A DNA stretch of 64,000 nucleotides from an uncultured Candidatus Saccharibacteria bacterium (GTDB lineage: Bacteria > Patescibacteriota > Minisyncoccia > Portnoybacterales > UBA2143), in assembly GCA_964594155.1 (NCBI GenBank), contig CAZQLH010000001.1:74132-138131 (forward strand), read 5' to 3'. Shown piece after piece: positions 9,396 through 18,087 of the stretch; the first letter of the stretch is position 1, and each line of letters opens with the position of its first letter. Below the pieces are notes generated by a model that made no database searches, was not told the origin of the DNA, and saw only the letters and a list, made by a program, of their open reading frames with translations. The translations under genes were made by a program, and so were the position numbers.

Positions 9396-10720
9396 TTTTC
9401 AAAAGAGATTATCCCCTCCCAGTCATTATTAATAATTTCTTCCTTTGTATATTCCTTTTGATTATTATTCAAAATTATTTTAAAAGATAAACTGTCTATG
9501 CCTGATTGTTTTTGGACTAAAATTCTGTAATCTGCTTCTTTAATAATATGGCCAGGTAAAAAATATGTCAATTCAATTATTTTTTCTTGGCCAGTTGGAA
9601 CTACAATCCAATGCCCAAATGCTGTTTTGCCTAAATCTTCAAAGAATTTTGCTTCGCTATTAACATTATTTGCGCTTATTAATTGAGATCCAGCCGGCGC
9701 ATAAACTCTTAAATAGGCCTGGTAATCCCGGCTAAACCAATTTTTTTCTTTACCATTATGTAAATATTTTATTTTAAGATTAACTTCTGGTTTTTCTTTA
9801 TCTAAATTAACAAAATATTCCACCTCTCTTTTAACAAAAGCATTGCTTTTCATAGCGCCAAAGTTGGCTTCATTTACCATTAAATAGTCGTTTGGATATG
9901 GTTGATTAACTTGCCCGCTCCAATTAAATTCTGAGATCATTTTCTGATCTTTAATATCTTTGGTAAAAATAAGAATGTTTTTTCTGTCTAATTCTAATAA
10001 AACCAAATCTTTTAGCTTATTCTGCTCCCAAAAGCTTTTTTGGGTTAATTGATTTAAAATTTCTTTAACCAATGCCTTAAAAATCGTCTTTCTTTCACCG
10101 CGGCTAATTCCTCTTTCAATATATGCTTTTTCTACTTCGTATTCCAATTGATAAAGAGCGTCTTCTGATTTAAATTCTTTATCAAATTTTTCTAAATAAA
10201 CAGGTCCGATAAATTCCAACAAGCTTGGCAAAATTGCAGCGTTAATTCCAATTATTCCGTCAAATTCTTCATGGCCTGATTGAAGATGGTAAAAATACTC
10301 TGCTTGCTGAGCTGATATTGGCCAATCAGGCGACCAATTGCTGTCTCTCATTTGCCAGTTAGCAACGCCTAAATAATCCTTCATTGGCTGAGGCGGCTCT
10401 GTTTGAATTTTTCCAAACCCGTCAAAAATATTAGTATCATGAATTTCAAAAGCAATTGGCTGTCCATTTTTCACTTTTATAATGCCAAAACTGCCAAGGA
10501 ATCCGCCAGTCGGGCGCAATTCTAAATTATTTTGAAAAAGCAAAAGATAGGTCTTTTCTCCGGAAAATCCAGCTAATTTAGAAAATAATTTCAAAAGAGA
10601 AATCTGATCAATTTTATCTTGGCTTGTTAACCATCCCTGATTCCAAAACAAAAATCCGCCTGTAATTATTAAGATTAAAGAAAGTATAATTAGAGTTTTA
10701 ATTGTTTTGGATTCGTTCAT
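9392..10720 (-). CDS. Membrane-anchored extracytoplasmic protein, DUF4012-like
   Basis: An N-terminal TM segment is followed by LLLFQNNLELRPTGGFLGSFG, which resembles the conserved core of DUF4012 proteins found in cell-surface polysaccharide loci. This assignment is from memory and is tentative. Confidence 0.4.
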   Translation of the reverse strand: MNESKTIKTLIILSLILIITGGFLFWNQGWLTSQDKIDQISLLKLFSKLAGFSGEKTYLLLFQNNLELRPTGGFLGSFGIIKVKNGQPIAFEIHDTNIFDGFGKIQTEPPQPMKDYLGVANWQMRDSNWSPDWPISAQQAEYFYHLQSGHEEFDGIIGINAAILPSLLEFIGPVYLEKFDKEFKSEDALYQLEYEVEKAYIERGISRGERKTIFKALVKEILNQLTQKSFWEQNKLKDLVLLELDRKNILIFTKDIKDQKMISEFNWSGQVNQPYPNDYLMVNEANFGAMKSNAFVKREVEYFVNLDKEKPEVNLKIKYLHNGKEKNWFSRDYQAYLRVYAPAGSQLISANNVNSEAKFFEDLGKTAFGHWIVVPTGQEKIIELTYFLPGHIIKEADYRILVQKQSGIDSLSFKIILNNNQKEYTKEEIINNDWEGIISFEK

Positions 10721-11933
10721 ATATCTTAATTATCTTTTTATAATGCTTTTCTGAATTATATTTTTCCAAAGCTTGTTTTTGGGCATTCTTACCCATTTGT
10801 CTTATTTCTTTTTTATGGTTAATCGCCCAAATAATCTTATCTGTTAAATCTTTTTGATTATTTAGTTTGAATAATATGCCAGTTTTCTTGTCTTTAATTA
10901 ATTCTGGAATACCGCCAACTTTAGCTGCTAAAACTGGCTTAGCTAAAGATAAGCTTTCTAAAATGCTAAAAGGCAAATTATCCGGCCAAATTGAAGCAAG
11001 AACTGTTAAATAAGATTTAGAAATTATTTCTTTTAACTGGCTTCTTTGTTTTCTGCCTAAAAATTCTATATTTTTATTATTTTCAGCTAATCTTTTTAAT
11101 TCATCTTTTTCTGGGCCATTACCAGCTATCTTTAATTTCCACTTAGGGAATTTATCTGAAACATCTAAAAATGATTTAATTAAAAGCTTAATTCCTTTTT
11201 CCCGGCTTAACCGCCCAAAGTATAATAAATATGGATTTTCTTTTGAAGATGAACTTTGTTTTTTATCTTTAGAAACAAAATACGGCAAATGAATAACTTT
11301 TTTCACTGGTATGCCTGCTTCTAACGCCTTTTTTTTCATAAACCTGCTTGGCGCTAAGAAAACGTCTATTTTATCTGTTGCTTTTAAAATATCTTTTTGT
11401 GATTTTGCTTCTAAATAACCGATTAAACTTTTAATATATGAATCTTTAATGCATTTTTTATACAAACAGGAACGAAAGTTTCTTTTTTCTAAACAATCAA
11501 AACATATTTTTCCTTGGGAAAACAACTGATAATTTGGACAAAACAACTTATAATCATGCAAAGTCATTGCTATTGGAATATTATATTTTTTTAATGTAAA
11601 AATTATTGACAGAGAAAGATGGCTCATAAAATTATGCAGATGAGCAATATCTGGTTTTTCTCTTTTAATAATCTTTTCTAATTTCTTAGCTGCTTCTTTA
11701 TTCCAAAAAATTCTTTTTACTTTCTTAAAATCCTTGAAAAATCCTTCGTGTTTGGAAAAATCACTGAATTGAGCAAAATCCTTTAAACCAGGAAAAGAAA
11801 AGTTCTTTGGGTGTTGGACGCTCCAAACTATAACCTGATGGCCTTTTTCAGATAAAAGATCTGATAAGTCAAAAAAGTGCCTCTCTGATCCTCCTTTTAA
11901 AAAGAAAAATTTATTTATCTGAAGTATTTTCAT
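10698..11933 (-). CDS. Glycosyltransferase, GT4 family
   Basis: 411 aa. The C-terminal motif AAKVGGIPELIKDKKTG (E-x7-E region) is typical of GT4 retaining glycosyltransferases. Confidence 0.75.
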   Translation of the reverse strand: MKILQINKFFFLKGGSERHFFDLSDLLSEKGHQVIVWSVQHPKNFSFPGLKDFAQFSDFSKHEGFFKDFKKVKRIFWNKEAAKKLEKIIKREKPDIAHLHNFMSHLSLSIIFTLKKYNIPIAMTLHDYKLFCPNYQLFSQGKICFDCLEKRNFRSCLYKKCIKDSYIKSLIGYLEAKSQKDILKATDKIDVFLAPSRFMKKKALEAGIPVKKVIHLPYFVSKDKKQSSSSKENPYLLYFGRLSREKGIKLLIKSFLDVSDKFPKWKLKIAGNGPEKDELKRLAENNKNIEFLGRKQRSQLKEIISKSYLTVLASIWPDNLPFSILESLSLAKPVLAAKVGGIPELIKDKKTGILFKLNNQKDLTDKIIWAINHKKEIRQMGKNAQKQALEKYNSEKHYKKIIKIYERIQNN

Positions 11934-12955
11934 CTGAAATACAAATTAGTTTGTTTTATTGAGAATTTTTGTCTTGTGATGAATAAGTAAAACTTTTCTT
12001 GCAAAATCCATCTGACAACCTTAAACCAATTCTTCTTAATTGCTTGTCTGACGGTGCAAATCATCCAGCTTACTGGAGGATTCTCTGATAAAATCTTTTG
12101 CCTGGCCTGATTAGAAAACTTAGACCAATTTTTTATTTTATGAAGCCGGCCTATTTTCAAATTCCAGACATTAGATGGATAAATATAGCCAAAAGGATCA
12201 ATAAATAATGAATTTAACCCGGAATAATCCGGCAAAATTCTTTGTCTGTTTTTTAAAAAATTGATTGTTCCCCAGATAAAATAAGCTCTTAACCATTTCT
12301 TAGGGGAAAAACTTCTTAATTCTTGGCTAATCAGCCAGTTTAATTCTCTTTCTATTTGTCTTAAATTATGAATTCTGTTATCTTGTTTTTTAAAATAATG
12401 GGAAGAATTATGATAAACAGACAAGCTAAATTCTGTTTTTAATTCCTTGCTTAGCTGATAAATCCTTTTCAACTGATTAATATTATGACTTCCTAAAGTA
12501 AAAGCAATCTTTAAATCTCTTATTCCTAACTCTTTTAACAGCCGAATGGTCTCTAAAGCCAAGCTAAAGCCTCCTGGAAATCTTCTTAATTCCTCATGAG
12601 CCCTGCCAAATCCGTCTAATGAAACAGCTATTCCAATATTTTTCCTAAACTTAATAACTCTCTGCATTGTTTCTTTTATCTTACTAGGCAGAAAACCATT
12701 GGTGGAAATAACGATTTTAGCTTTTGGGCATTGACGGCTAATATTTTTAATAATTTCTAATAAATCCTGCCTTAAAAATGGTTCTCCTCCACTAATATTG
12801 ACGTTTTCAAGATTTCGTGGTAGATTTTTATAATCAATCGGTTTACAAGAAAAAAACTCCTGATTTTGCCAAATATTACAAAATCGGCAATGGCTATTAC
12901 ACTGATAAGTTACTGCTAAAACCACGTCCTTAATTGTTGAATTAAATCTATTCAT
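11930..12955 (-). CDS. Radical SAM protein inside the polysaccharide locus
   Basis: The CxxxCxxC motif CNSHCRFCNIW lies near the N-terminus, and a GGEP-like motif NISGGEPFL follows. Its substrate is unknown. Confidence 0.7.
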   Translation of the reverse strand: MNRFNSTIKDVVLAVTYQCNSHCRFCNIWQNQEFFSCKPIDYKNLPRNLENVNISGGEPFLRQDLLEIIKNISRQCPKAKIVISTNGFLPSKIKETMQRVIKFRKNIGIAVSLDGFGRAHEELRRFPGGFSLALETIRLLKELGIRDLKIAFTLGSHNINQLKRIYQLSKELKTEFSLSVYHNSSHYFKKQDNRIHNLRQIERELNWLISQELRSFSPKKWLRAYFIWGTINFLKNRQRILPDYSGLNSLFIDPFGYIYPSNVWNLKIGRLHKIKNWSKFSNQARQKILSENPPVSWMICTVRQAIKKNWFKVVRWILQEKFYLFITRQKFSIKQTNLYFR

Positions 12956-12997
12956 ATATAAAATATATCTCTTAAGACCGTTACTTTACCAGAATAT

Positions 12998-14215
12998 ATG
13001 AAAAAAGTCAATAATAAAAATAGAAAAAAAACTTTTTACTTTTTACTTAGCTTGGTCTTATTAAGGCCATCTTTGGATATTTTTAGCCAAATAGAATTTC
13101 AAATTCATCCTAATTTGCCTATTTTTAATATTAATATTATTATTGGCGGATTAGTTTTTTTAATTTGTCTGCTATTTTTTAGTAAAAATATAAAAAATAT
13201 TTATTCTACGCCGCTTTTTTATCCTATTTTACTATTTTTAGGACTATGTTTTGCCAGTATTTTTTATTCTATTGATCCATTTAACAGTATTAGAGAATTT
13301 ATTAGAATTATTACGATTTTTCTTCTTTATTTTCTATCTTATCAATTGATTGAGAGTAAAAAAGATTTCTGGCTATTAATAAAAATTATTCTAATAAGCT
13401 ATATTTTGCCTGGTATTTTTGCCTTAATTCAGCTTATTTTTGGCTTAGGCCTGCCTGATGACTTTGGCGGATTTAAAAGAATTTACGGCACTTTTGCCCA
13501 TCCTAATCCTTTTGCTTTTTACACTTTTTTCATCTTAGGATTAGCCCTTGCTTTAACTCTGTCAAAAACACGCATTAATGTTACGTCTTGGTTTTTAATT
13601 ATTATTTTAACCTTTCTTCTTTTCTCTACTCATACTAGAAGCGCAATTGCTTGTTTTTTTATCTTTATTATTATTTTCGGGGTTTTTAAATACAGGCAAA
13701 TTCTTTTGGCTGGAATCATGATTTTCTTTTTTGCTTATTTCTTTTCTGAAATCTTTCAACAGCGCCTTTGGGAATTAATTGCTTTAGATCCATACAGTTC
13801 AGTTGTTTGGCGATTTCGCCTTTGGAAAGATATAATTCCAATTTCTATGTGGCAGCCATGGCTTGGCTATGGAACTGGAACTTTTACAAACTTAGTTGAA
13901 TTTTACAGGGGTTTTAAATGGGGCAGCTTAGAAGCGCATAATGATTATTTAAAAATATTTGTTGAAAACGGCATTTTGGGCTTAATCGCCTATTTTTGGC
14001 TTATTGCCAGCTTATTATTTTATTTGCTTAAAATATTCAAAAAAACTATTAATCAAGATAAAATTCTAACTTTGGGGATTTTAGTTATTTGTATAAGCTT
14101 ATTTGCCGCTAGTTTTTTTGACAATATTCTACGCGAAACAGCCCTTCAGTGGAATCTTTGGATTCTTTTAGCTGGCTGGTTAAAAATCCAATTAAAAAAC
14201 CCTGCATCTTTTTAG
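12998..14215 (+). CDS. O-antigen ligase / polymerase-like membrane protein (Wzy_C-like)
   Basis: 405 aa with about 10 TM helices and a central extracytoplasmic loop carrying the conserved His/Arg-rich region (FAHPN, HTRS, H-N-DYL) typical of the WaaL/Wzy superfamily. Confidence 0.6.
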   Translation: MKKVNNKNRKKTFYFLLSLVLLRPSLDIFSQIEFQIHPNLPIFNINIIIGGLVFLICLLFFSKNIKNIYSTPLFYPILLFLGLCFASIFYSIDPFNSIREFIRIITIFLLYFLSYQLIESKKDFWLLIKIILISYILPGIFALIQLIFGLGLPDDFGGFKRIYGTFAHPNPFAFYTFFILGLALALTLSKTRINVTSWFLIIILTFLLFSTHTRSAIACFFIFIIIFGVFKYRQILLAGIMIFFFAYFFSEIFQQRLWELIALDPYSSVVWRFRLWKDIIPISMWQPWLGYGTGTFTNLVEFYRGFKWGSLEAHNDYLKIFVENGILGLIAYFWLIASLLFYLLKIFKKTINQDKILTLGILVICISLFAASFFDNILRETALQWNLWILLAGWLKIQLKNPASF

Positions 14216-14237
14216 ATACAGGGTCTTTTTGTTTTTT
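14200..14237 (+). terminator. Rho-independent terminator overlapping the stop of the Wzy-like gene, bidirectional in form
   Basis: Hairpin ccctgcatct-tttt-agatacaggg (one mismatch) is followed by tctttttgtttttt. An A-run precedes it, so it can also terminate minus-strand transcription. Confidence 0.65.
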
Positions 14238-14264
14238 AATCCCTCCTAACTATCATTATTATCT

Positions 14265-14391
14265 CGGGCGGCAATGCCTATCCCTTGAAAATGACAAAGT
14301 CCTTTAGATGATAATATAATAATCTATTCTCTTCCTAAATAGCAATGCTTGTTTAGGAAAGAATTTGCGAATAAATAGCAATGCTTGTTTA
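14265..14391 (-). promoter_or_regulatory. Orphan copy of the leader/operator motif set shared with 18009-18050 (GGCAATGCC palindrome plus two AATAGCAATGCTTGTTTA direct repeats)
   Basis: cgggcggcaatgcctatccc (14265-14284) is about 90% identical to cggacggcaatgcctatcca at 18009-18028. A 19-bp direct repeat aaatagcaatgcttgttta occurs at 14337-14355 and 14373-14391, and tagcaatgctt recurs at 18036-18045. Confidence 0.5.
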
Positions 14392-14414
14392 TTCTGAAAG
14401 TTTGTTGAGAGATT

Positions 14415-15029
14415 TTATTCAGCCAATTCTGGATGCCGGCCTTGTTTTAATTTTCCCAGGCCAAGCGATTTCAGAGGAATCGTGGGCTTATTTGGATACA
14501 TTACCAAGCCAATGGCTAATGTGTCCATAACAACTGCCCCAAGATCCATTTCATAAATAATCCATTTATTTTTTGGATCAAGAAGGAAAAATCCAACATC
14601 ATTGTCTGCTGATTCAGCATATCCCCAAATATGCTCCACAACCGGCTCTTTAACGCCTTTGGCATAATTGGGCAAACTGAATTCAGCTCTGCCTTTTTTT
14701 ACAACAATGTCCGCAAAATAAAAATTTCTTTTGCCAGCCGCATGAAGGATGCCAGAAGCCAGTTTAATTCTGACAGCTGATTTTACCTTTTTTTTCATTG
14801 ACGCCATTGCCGGATTAAGAATAGTAACATGAACTCTGTCGCCTATATCCTTAACCTTAATTGAAAACTTGGCCATTGGCGCCATATCAGCTGTTGGCGC
14901 AGTAAGCTTGCTGTCTTTCATTAAAGCGCGAATCTCATCAGCGGTTTCTGGATGCTTCATCTGTTCTGCGCTGACAAAAACGGGAAATAACCAGAAAATC
15001 GCCAACACTATGAATAATGTTCTTTTCAC
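14415..15029 (-). CDS. Secreted hypothetical protein (signal peptide)
   Basis: N-terminal MKRTLFIVLAIFWLFPVFVSAEQ (signal peptide with AxA-like cleavage region). The rest is hydrophilic with no known motif. The gene reads GC-richer than its surroundings. Confidence 0.45.
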   Translation of the reverse strand: MKRTLFIVLAIFWLFPVFVSAEQMKHPETADEIRALMKDSKLTAPTADMAPMAKFSIKVKDIGDRVHVTILNPAMASMKKKVKSAVRIKLASGILHAAGKRNFYFADIVVKKGRAEFSLPNYAKGVKEPVVEHIWGYAESADNDVGFFLLDPKNKWIIYEMDLGAVVMDTLAIGLVMYPNKPTIPLKSLGLGKLKQGRHPELAE

Positions 15030-15035
15030 TCTACA

Positions 15036-16616
15036 TCACCTCCTTTTTTTTAATTTCTGTTTTAAAATATTCCAGATTTCCTGTTCTGCTTTTTCTGTGT
15101 CAATAACTGAAATCGGGATACTTCTTTTACTCTTGCTAAAAATTTGATGATAAAGATTATACAAGCTAATCTCGCCGTAAAGACCAGTAGAACTTGTATT
15201 TCCTTTGCTACTCTTCCAATCTGTATAACCAGCGCCTATTTTAAAAGAACCATTAAAACATGACAGGCCGATTTTGCCTCCGGTTCCCAATTTGCTGTTT
15301 TCAGCATAATAGGTTCCGCGGGTCTCGCTCCAAACCTGTAAATCTTTGCCAATGATATCAAAGACATCAGCATAAACCGCCAGATTATAAGCGCCTTTAT
15401 TGTCTGGTTCTCCATTTAACGGCTGTTGTCCGTTCCATTGATCAGTCCAATAATCGTTTTTCTGATGATTTATGTCTATTTCCACTTCACCAGAAACACG
15501 AATCTTGGAAAACCATTTTTCATTAGCCCGTCCATTGTATTCAGCAGAAGAATAGAAATTCATAATATCTGTTTTCTGCTCCACGCTGTACTGGCCAAAC
15601 TGATTATTCAGATAACCCTGATCCTTGCGCTGGCCTAAGCCAGCCCTGCCAAGAACTTCCCAATTTCTTTTCTGGTCGCGGAAACGCCCGGCTATAGCCC
15701 AGATATCCGCATCGCCTTTGTAATGAAACGGATTGCTTTCTCCGGTTTCGCCTGACCAATTTCTGGCCGTGTAATTCAACCCAAATGCCCATTCATTTCC
15801 GTCATAATCATCAAAAACAACCGGGTAAAGAGTTGACGACTGCCACCAGCCACTTACATTATTGCCGTCTTTATAGCTTTCGCTATATCCGCCCCAAGTT
15901 GAATCCCAGTCCCATTTATGTTTTTTAACTTTTGCTGGAATTTCCAACCTATCTGCTAAAAAGAATGGAAATGGCGGCGGTATTGGGGGTATTGGCGGAG
16001 GCAAAAGTAAAGCTATTTTTTTCTTTTGCTTGATTGCCCAATTTCCGCAATAAATCGGATACCAAAGCTCGCGGCCGTTATCAAGCTGATAAACCCGGGC
16101 TGCTTGTTTTTTGCCTTTCCAATCAACAACAACATTTCTCCAGATATGAAATTTCTTTCCGAAAAGCATTTTCACAAACTCATCTTTTTCCTTGATAATA
16201 TCCCAGCGAAATCCTTTTTGGGATTTTTCCAAGGCATCCATATGAATGGAAATGACTTTCTCGGTTTGCTCTATGGTTAATCCAAGAGTTCTTAATCCCT
16301 GAATGTCCCGAAGCAGTTGCTTTTCAGAATCAGCTGGAAATCTTTTAAAAGGATTTCTATTGAAATCTTTCCAAATTGATTTAGCATTAATATCCAGAAG
16401 ATCGCTTAAATGAATCTTCTGATTAGGAAAAATAGAATTCCTTTTTCTTGCCTCTGTCCTGACTTTTGCCCAAGGAATATGAAAAACCTTGATAGCGATT
16501 TTATAAATACTATCGCCTTTCTTTACCGTGTAAACCCTGTCATCTGATTGAAAAGCAGAGGCAGAATTTACAATGGCAAAGAATACAATTATTGTTAAGA
16601 GTATTCTTTTTATCAT
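15036..16616 (-). CDS. Secreted LysM-domain protein with Pro-rich linker and Gly/aromatic-rich C-terminal domain
   Basis: Signal peptide MIKRILLTIIVFFAIVNSASA. LysM-like segment YTVKKGDSIYKIAIKVF...IHLSDLLDI. PPPIPPIPPPFPFF linker. The C-terminal 300 aa are rich in W/Y/G/N with alternating-pattern stretches (beta-rich, barrel- or wall-binding-like). Confidence 0.5.
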   Translation of the reverse strand: MIKRILLTIIVFFAIVNSASAFQSDDRVYTVKKGDSIYKIAIKVFHIPWAKVRTEARKRNSIFPNQKIHLSDLLDINAKSIWKDFNRNPFKRFPADSEKQLLRDIQGLRTLGLTIEQTEKVISIHMDALEKSQKGFRWDIIKEKDEFVKMLFGKKFHIWRNVVVDWKGKKQAARVYQLDNGRELWYPIYCGNWAIKQKKKIALLLPPPIPPIPPPFPFFLADRLEIPAKVKKHKWDWDSTWGGYSESYKDGNNVSGWWQSSTLYPVVFDDYDGNEWAFGLNYTARNWSGETGESNPFHYKGDADIWAIAGRFRDQKRNWEVLGRAGLGQRKDQGYLNNQFGQYSVEQKTDIMNFYSSAEYNGRANEKWFSKIRVSGEVEIDINHQKNDYWTDQWNGQQPLNGEPDNKGAYNLAVYADVFDIIGKDLQVWSETRGTYYAENSKLGTGGKIGLSCFNGSFKIGAGYTDWKSSKGNTSSTGLYGEISLYNLYHQIFSKSKRSIPISVIDTEKAEQEIWNILKQKLKKRR

Positions 16617-16632
16617 AATTCTGCCCCTTTTT

Positions 16633-17469
16633 TTAATCTTGCTTCATGCGCAATTGCAGCCATTCTTTATAATCGCGTTCGTACTGTTCTTTTTTTTGTT
16701 GATAATCCTGCATTTCTTTATTCCACTTATTAAATCCGAGCTTTTCAAGAGTCAAGCCAAGCTGAAATCTATCCACTAAGGCTGTGTCGTAATACGGCAG
16801 GTATAAATCAGCTTTTTGGACAATCGCTTGAACAAGCGACCAAATCCTAACGCCGAAAATGCCGAATAAAGAAGAAAAATCAGTTGCCCCGGCCAAAATT
16901 ATATCATCTGTGGTAATTTTGGCTACCTGGGACATAACCCGGTCAAAAAGGCCTGGAATTTTCTGATTGTCTAAGCCTTTTCCGATATTAATTAAAATAG
17001 TTTGTATTTGCTTATCCTGTTCAGAATCTAATTTAATATTTTCCCAAATCTCAATCCCGGTTTCGCCCAATAACTTAATCTTAGACCAATCTAATTTTGG
17101 AACTAAATAGCCATTTTTGGAAAAGATATTTTTTCCATCAACAGTATAAAAGTTCCTGCCGCTTCGTGAAGAAATAATGCATTTTTGATTAGAAAGATCT
17201 GCTTCAGCTATTATTAATAACCGATTTTTAACCCTGACGCCAGAAAATGATTTCTTGTTATCTAATGGTTGTTCCAAAAATAAATTATGGCGTACCCCTG
17301 ATCCTTCTGATAAAAAAAGAACAGGATGTATTTCCAACCAATAGACATTATAAGATAGAAAAGCTTGTTCTTCTATCTTATTTATATCTTTTTCCGGCAT
17401 TATGAATTGCCGATTAGCGCAGGCGCTCAAAGAAAGCGCCAGCATTAACATTATTGTTAATCTTTTCAC
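16633..17469 (-). CDS. Putative lipoprotein, hypothetical
   Basis: The N-terminus MKRLTIMLMLALSLSACANRQ has an LSAC lipobox-like motif. No further family motif. The stop overlaps the start of the upstream gene by 4 nt, which fits co-transcription. Confidence 0.45.
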   Translation of the reverse strand: MKRLTIMLMLALSLSACANRQFIMPEKDINKIEEQAFLSYNVYWLEIHPVLFLSEGSGVRHNLFLEQPLDNKKSFSGVRVKNRLLIIAEADLSNQKCIISSRSGRNFYTVDGKNIFSKNGYLVPKLDWSKIKLLGETGIEIWENIKLDSEQDKQIQTILINIGKGLDNQKIPGLFDRVMSQVAKITTDDIILAGATDFSSLFGIFGVRIWSLVQAIVQKADLYLPYYDTALVDRFQLGLTLEKLGFNKWNKEMQDYQQKKEQYERDYKEWLQLRMKQD

Positions 17470-17993
17470 ACTGTCACCTCCTTGAATGATTTTAGCTCTT
17501 CGTTTTGTTTATAGTGCAGTTTAAGATGTTTTGCCACCCTATGAGGGTTTTTATTCCTAAATTTACAAATAGGACAGCAAATCATTTCTTTTTCCATAAA
17601 GCATTTAACTTCAAATACCCTCTTATTGGCAAAACCCAATCTAATAATTTTCTGGCTTTTCTGAGTTGTTTTTATTCTTTTTCTACGTATATAGAAAAAA
17701 ACAACAATCAAGAAAAAAATAGACACAATTCCTGACATAATTTCTAAAAAAGAATTATTTGAAATAATATCTTTTTTCTTTTCAAAAACCGGAATCTTAA
17801 GGCCCTCGCCAGCAAAAATAGTGTCTTTTATAGTGCGATTATTTATTTTTGCCAGTTCATCCATTGGAATTTTATACTTTACAGCAATAATTCCCCATGT
17901 TTCTTTTGGCTGGACTACATGAATCTTGTATTCCTGCGCAAAGCCCAAAGAATAACAAAACAACGCCACAAAACAAATCAATATCTTTTTCAT
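17466..17993 (-). CDS. Single-pass membrane protein with extracytoplasmic LysM domain and cytoplasmic C2H2-type zinc finger
   Basis: The start is taken at MKKILICF (ATG 17993-17991) because GAGAGG lies 8 nt upstream; the ORF track begins 12 codons earlier. Signal peptide, then LysM YKIHVVQPKETWGIIAVKYKIPMDELAKINNRTIKDTIFAGEGLKIP, then TM helix IMSGIVSIFFLIVVFFYI + RRKR, then CPICKFRNKNPHRVAKHLKLH (C-x2-C-x12-H-x3-H). Confidence 0.5.
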   Translation of the reverse strand: MKKILICFVALFCYSLGFAQEYKIHVVQPKETWGIIAVKYKIPMDELAKINNRTIKDTIFAGEGLKIPVFEKKKDIISNNSFLEIMSGIVSIFFLIVVFFYIRRKRIKTTQKSQKIIRLGFANKRVFEVKCFMEKEMICCPICKFRNKNPHRVAKHLKLHYKQNEELKSFKEVTV

Positions 17994-18008
17994 TTCAAAC
18001 CTCTCTTT

Positions 18009-18050
18009 CGGACGGCAATGCCTATCCATTATAGTAGCAATGCTTTCTAT
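18009..18050 (-). promoter_or_regulatory. Leader/operator motifs upstream of the LysM cassette (GGCAATGCC palindrome, TAGCAATGCTT site, TATAAT -10)
   Basis: On the minus strand: AAGCATTGCTACTATAATGGATAGGCATTGCCGTCCGAAAGAGAGGTTTGAAATG. TATAAT lies at 18033-18028 and the RBS GAGAGG follows. The motifs are shared with 14265-14391. Confidence 0.5.
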
Positions 18051-18087
18051 TTAATTTTCAAGGAACTCCTCCTTAAAAACCTCCTCT

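Noticed and set aside
9392-10720. Considered calling this gene a LytR-CpsA-Psr transferase because of its position in the polysaccharide locus and its N-terminal anchor
   Set aside because: The LCP catalytic Arg/Asp motifs were not recognised. The RPTGGFLGSFG core fits DUF4012 better, so the call is kept tentative.
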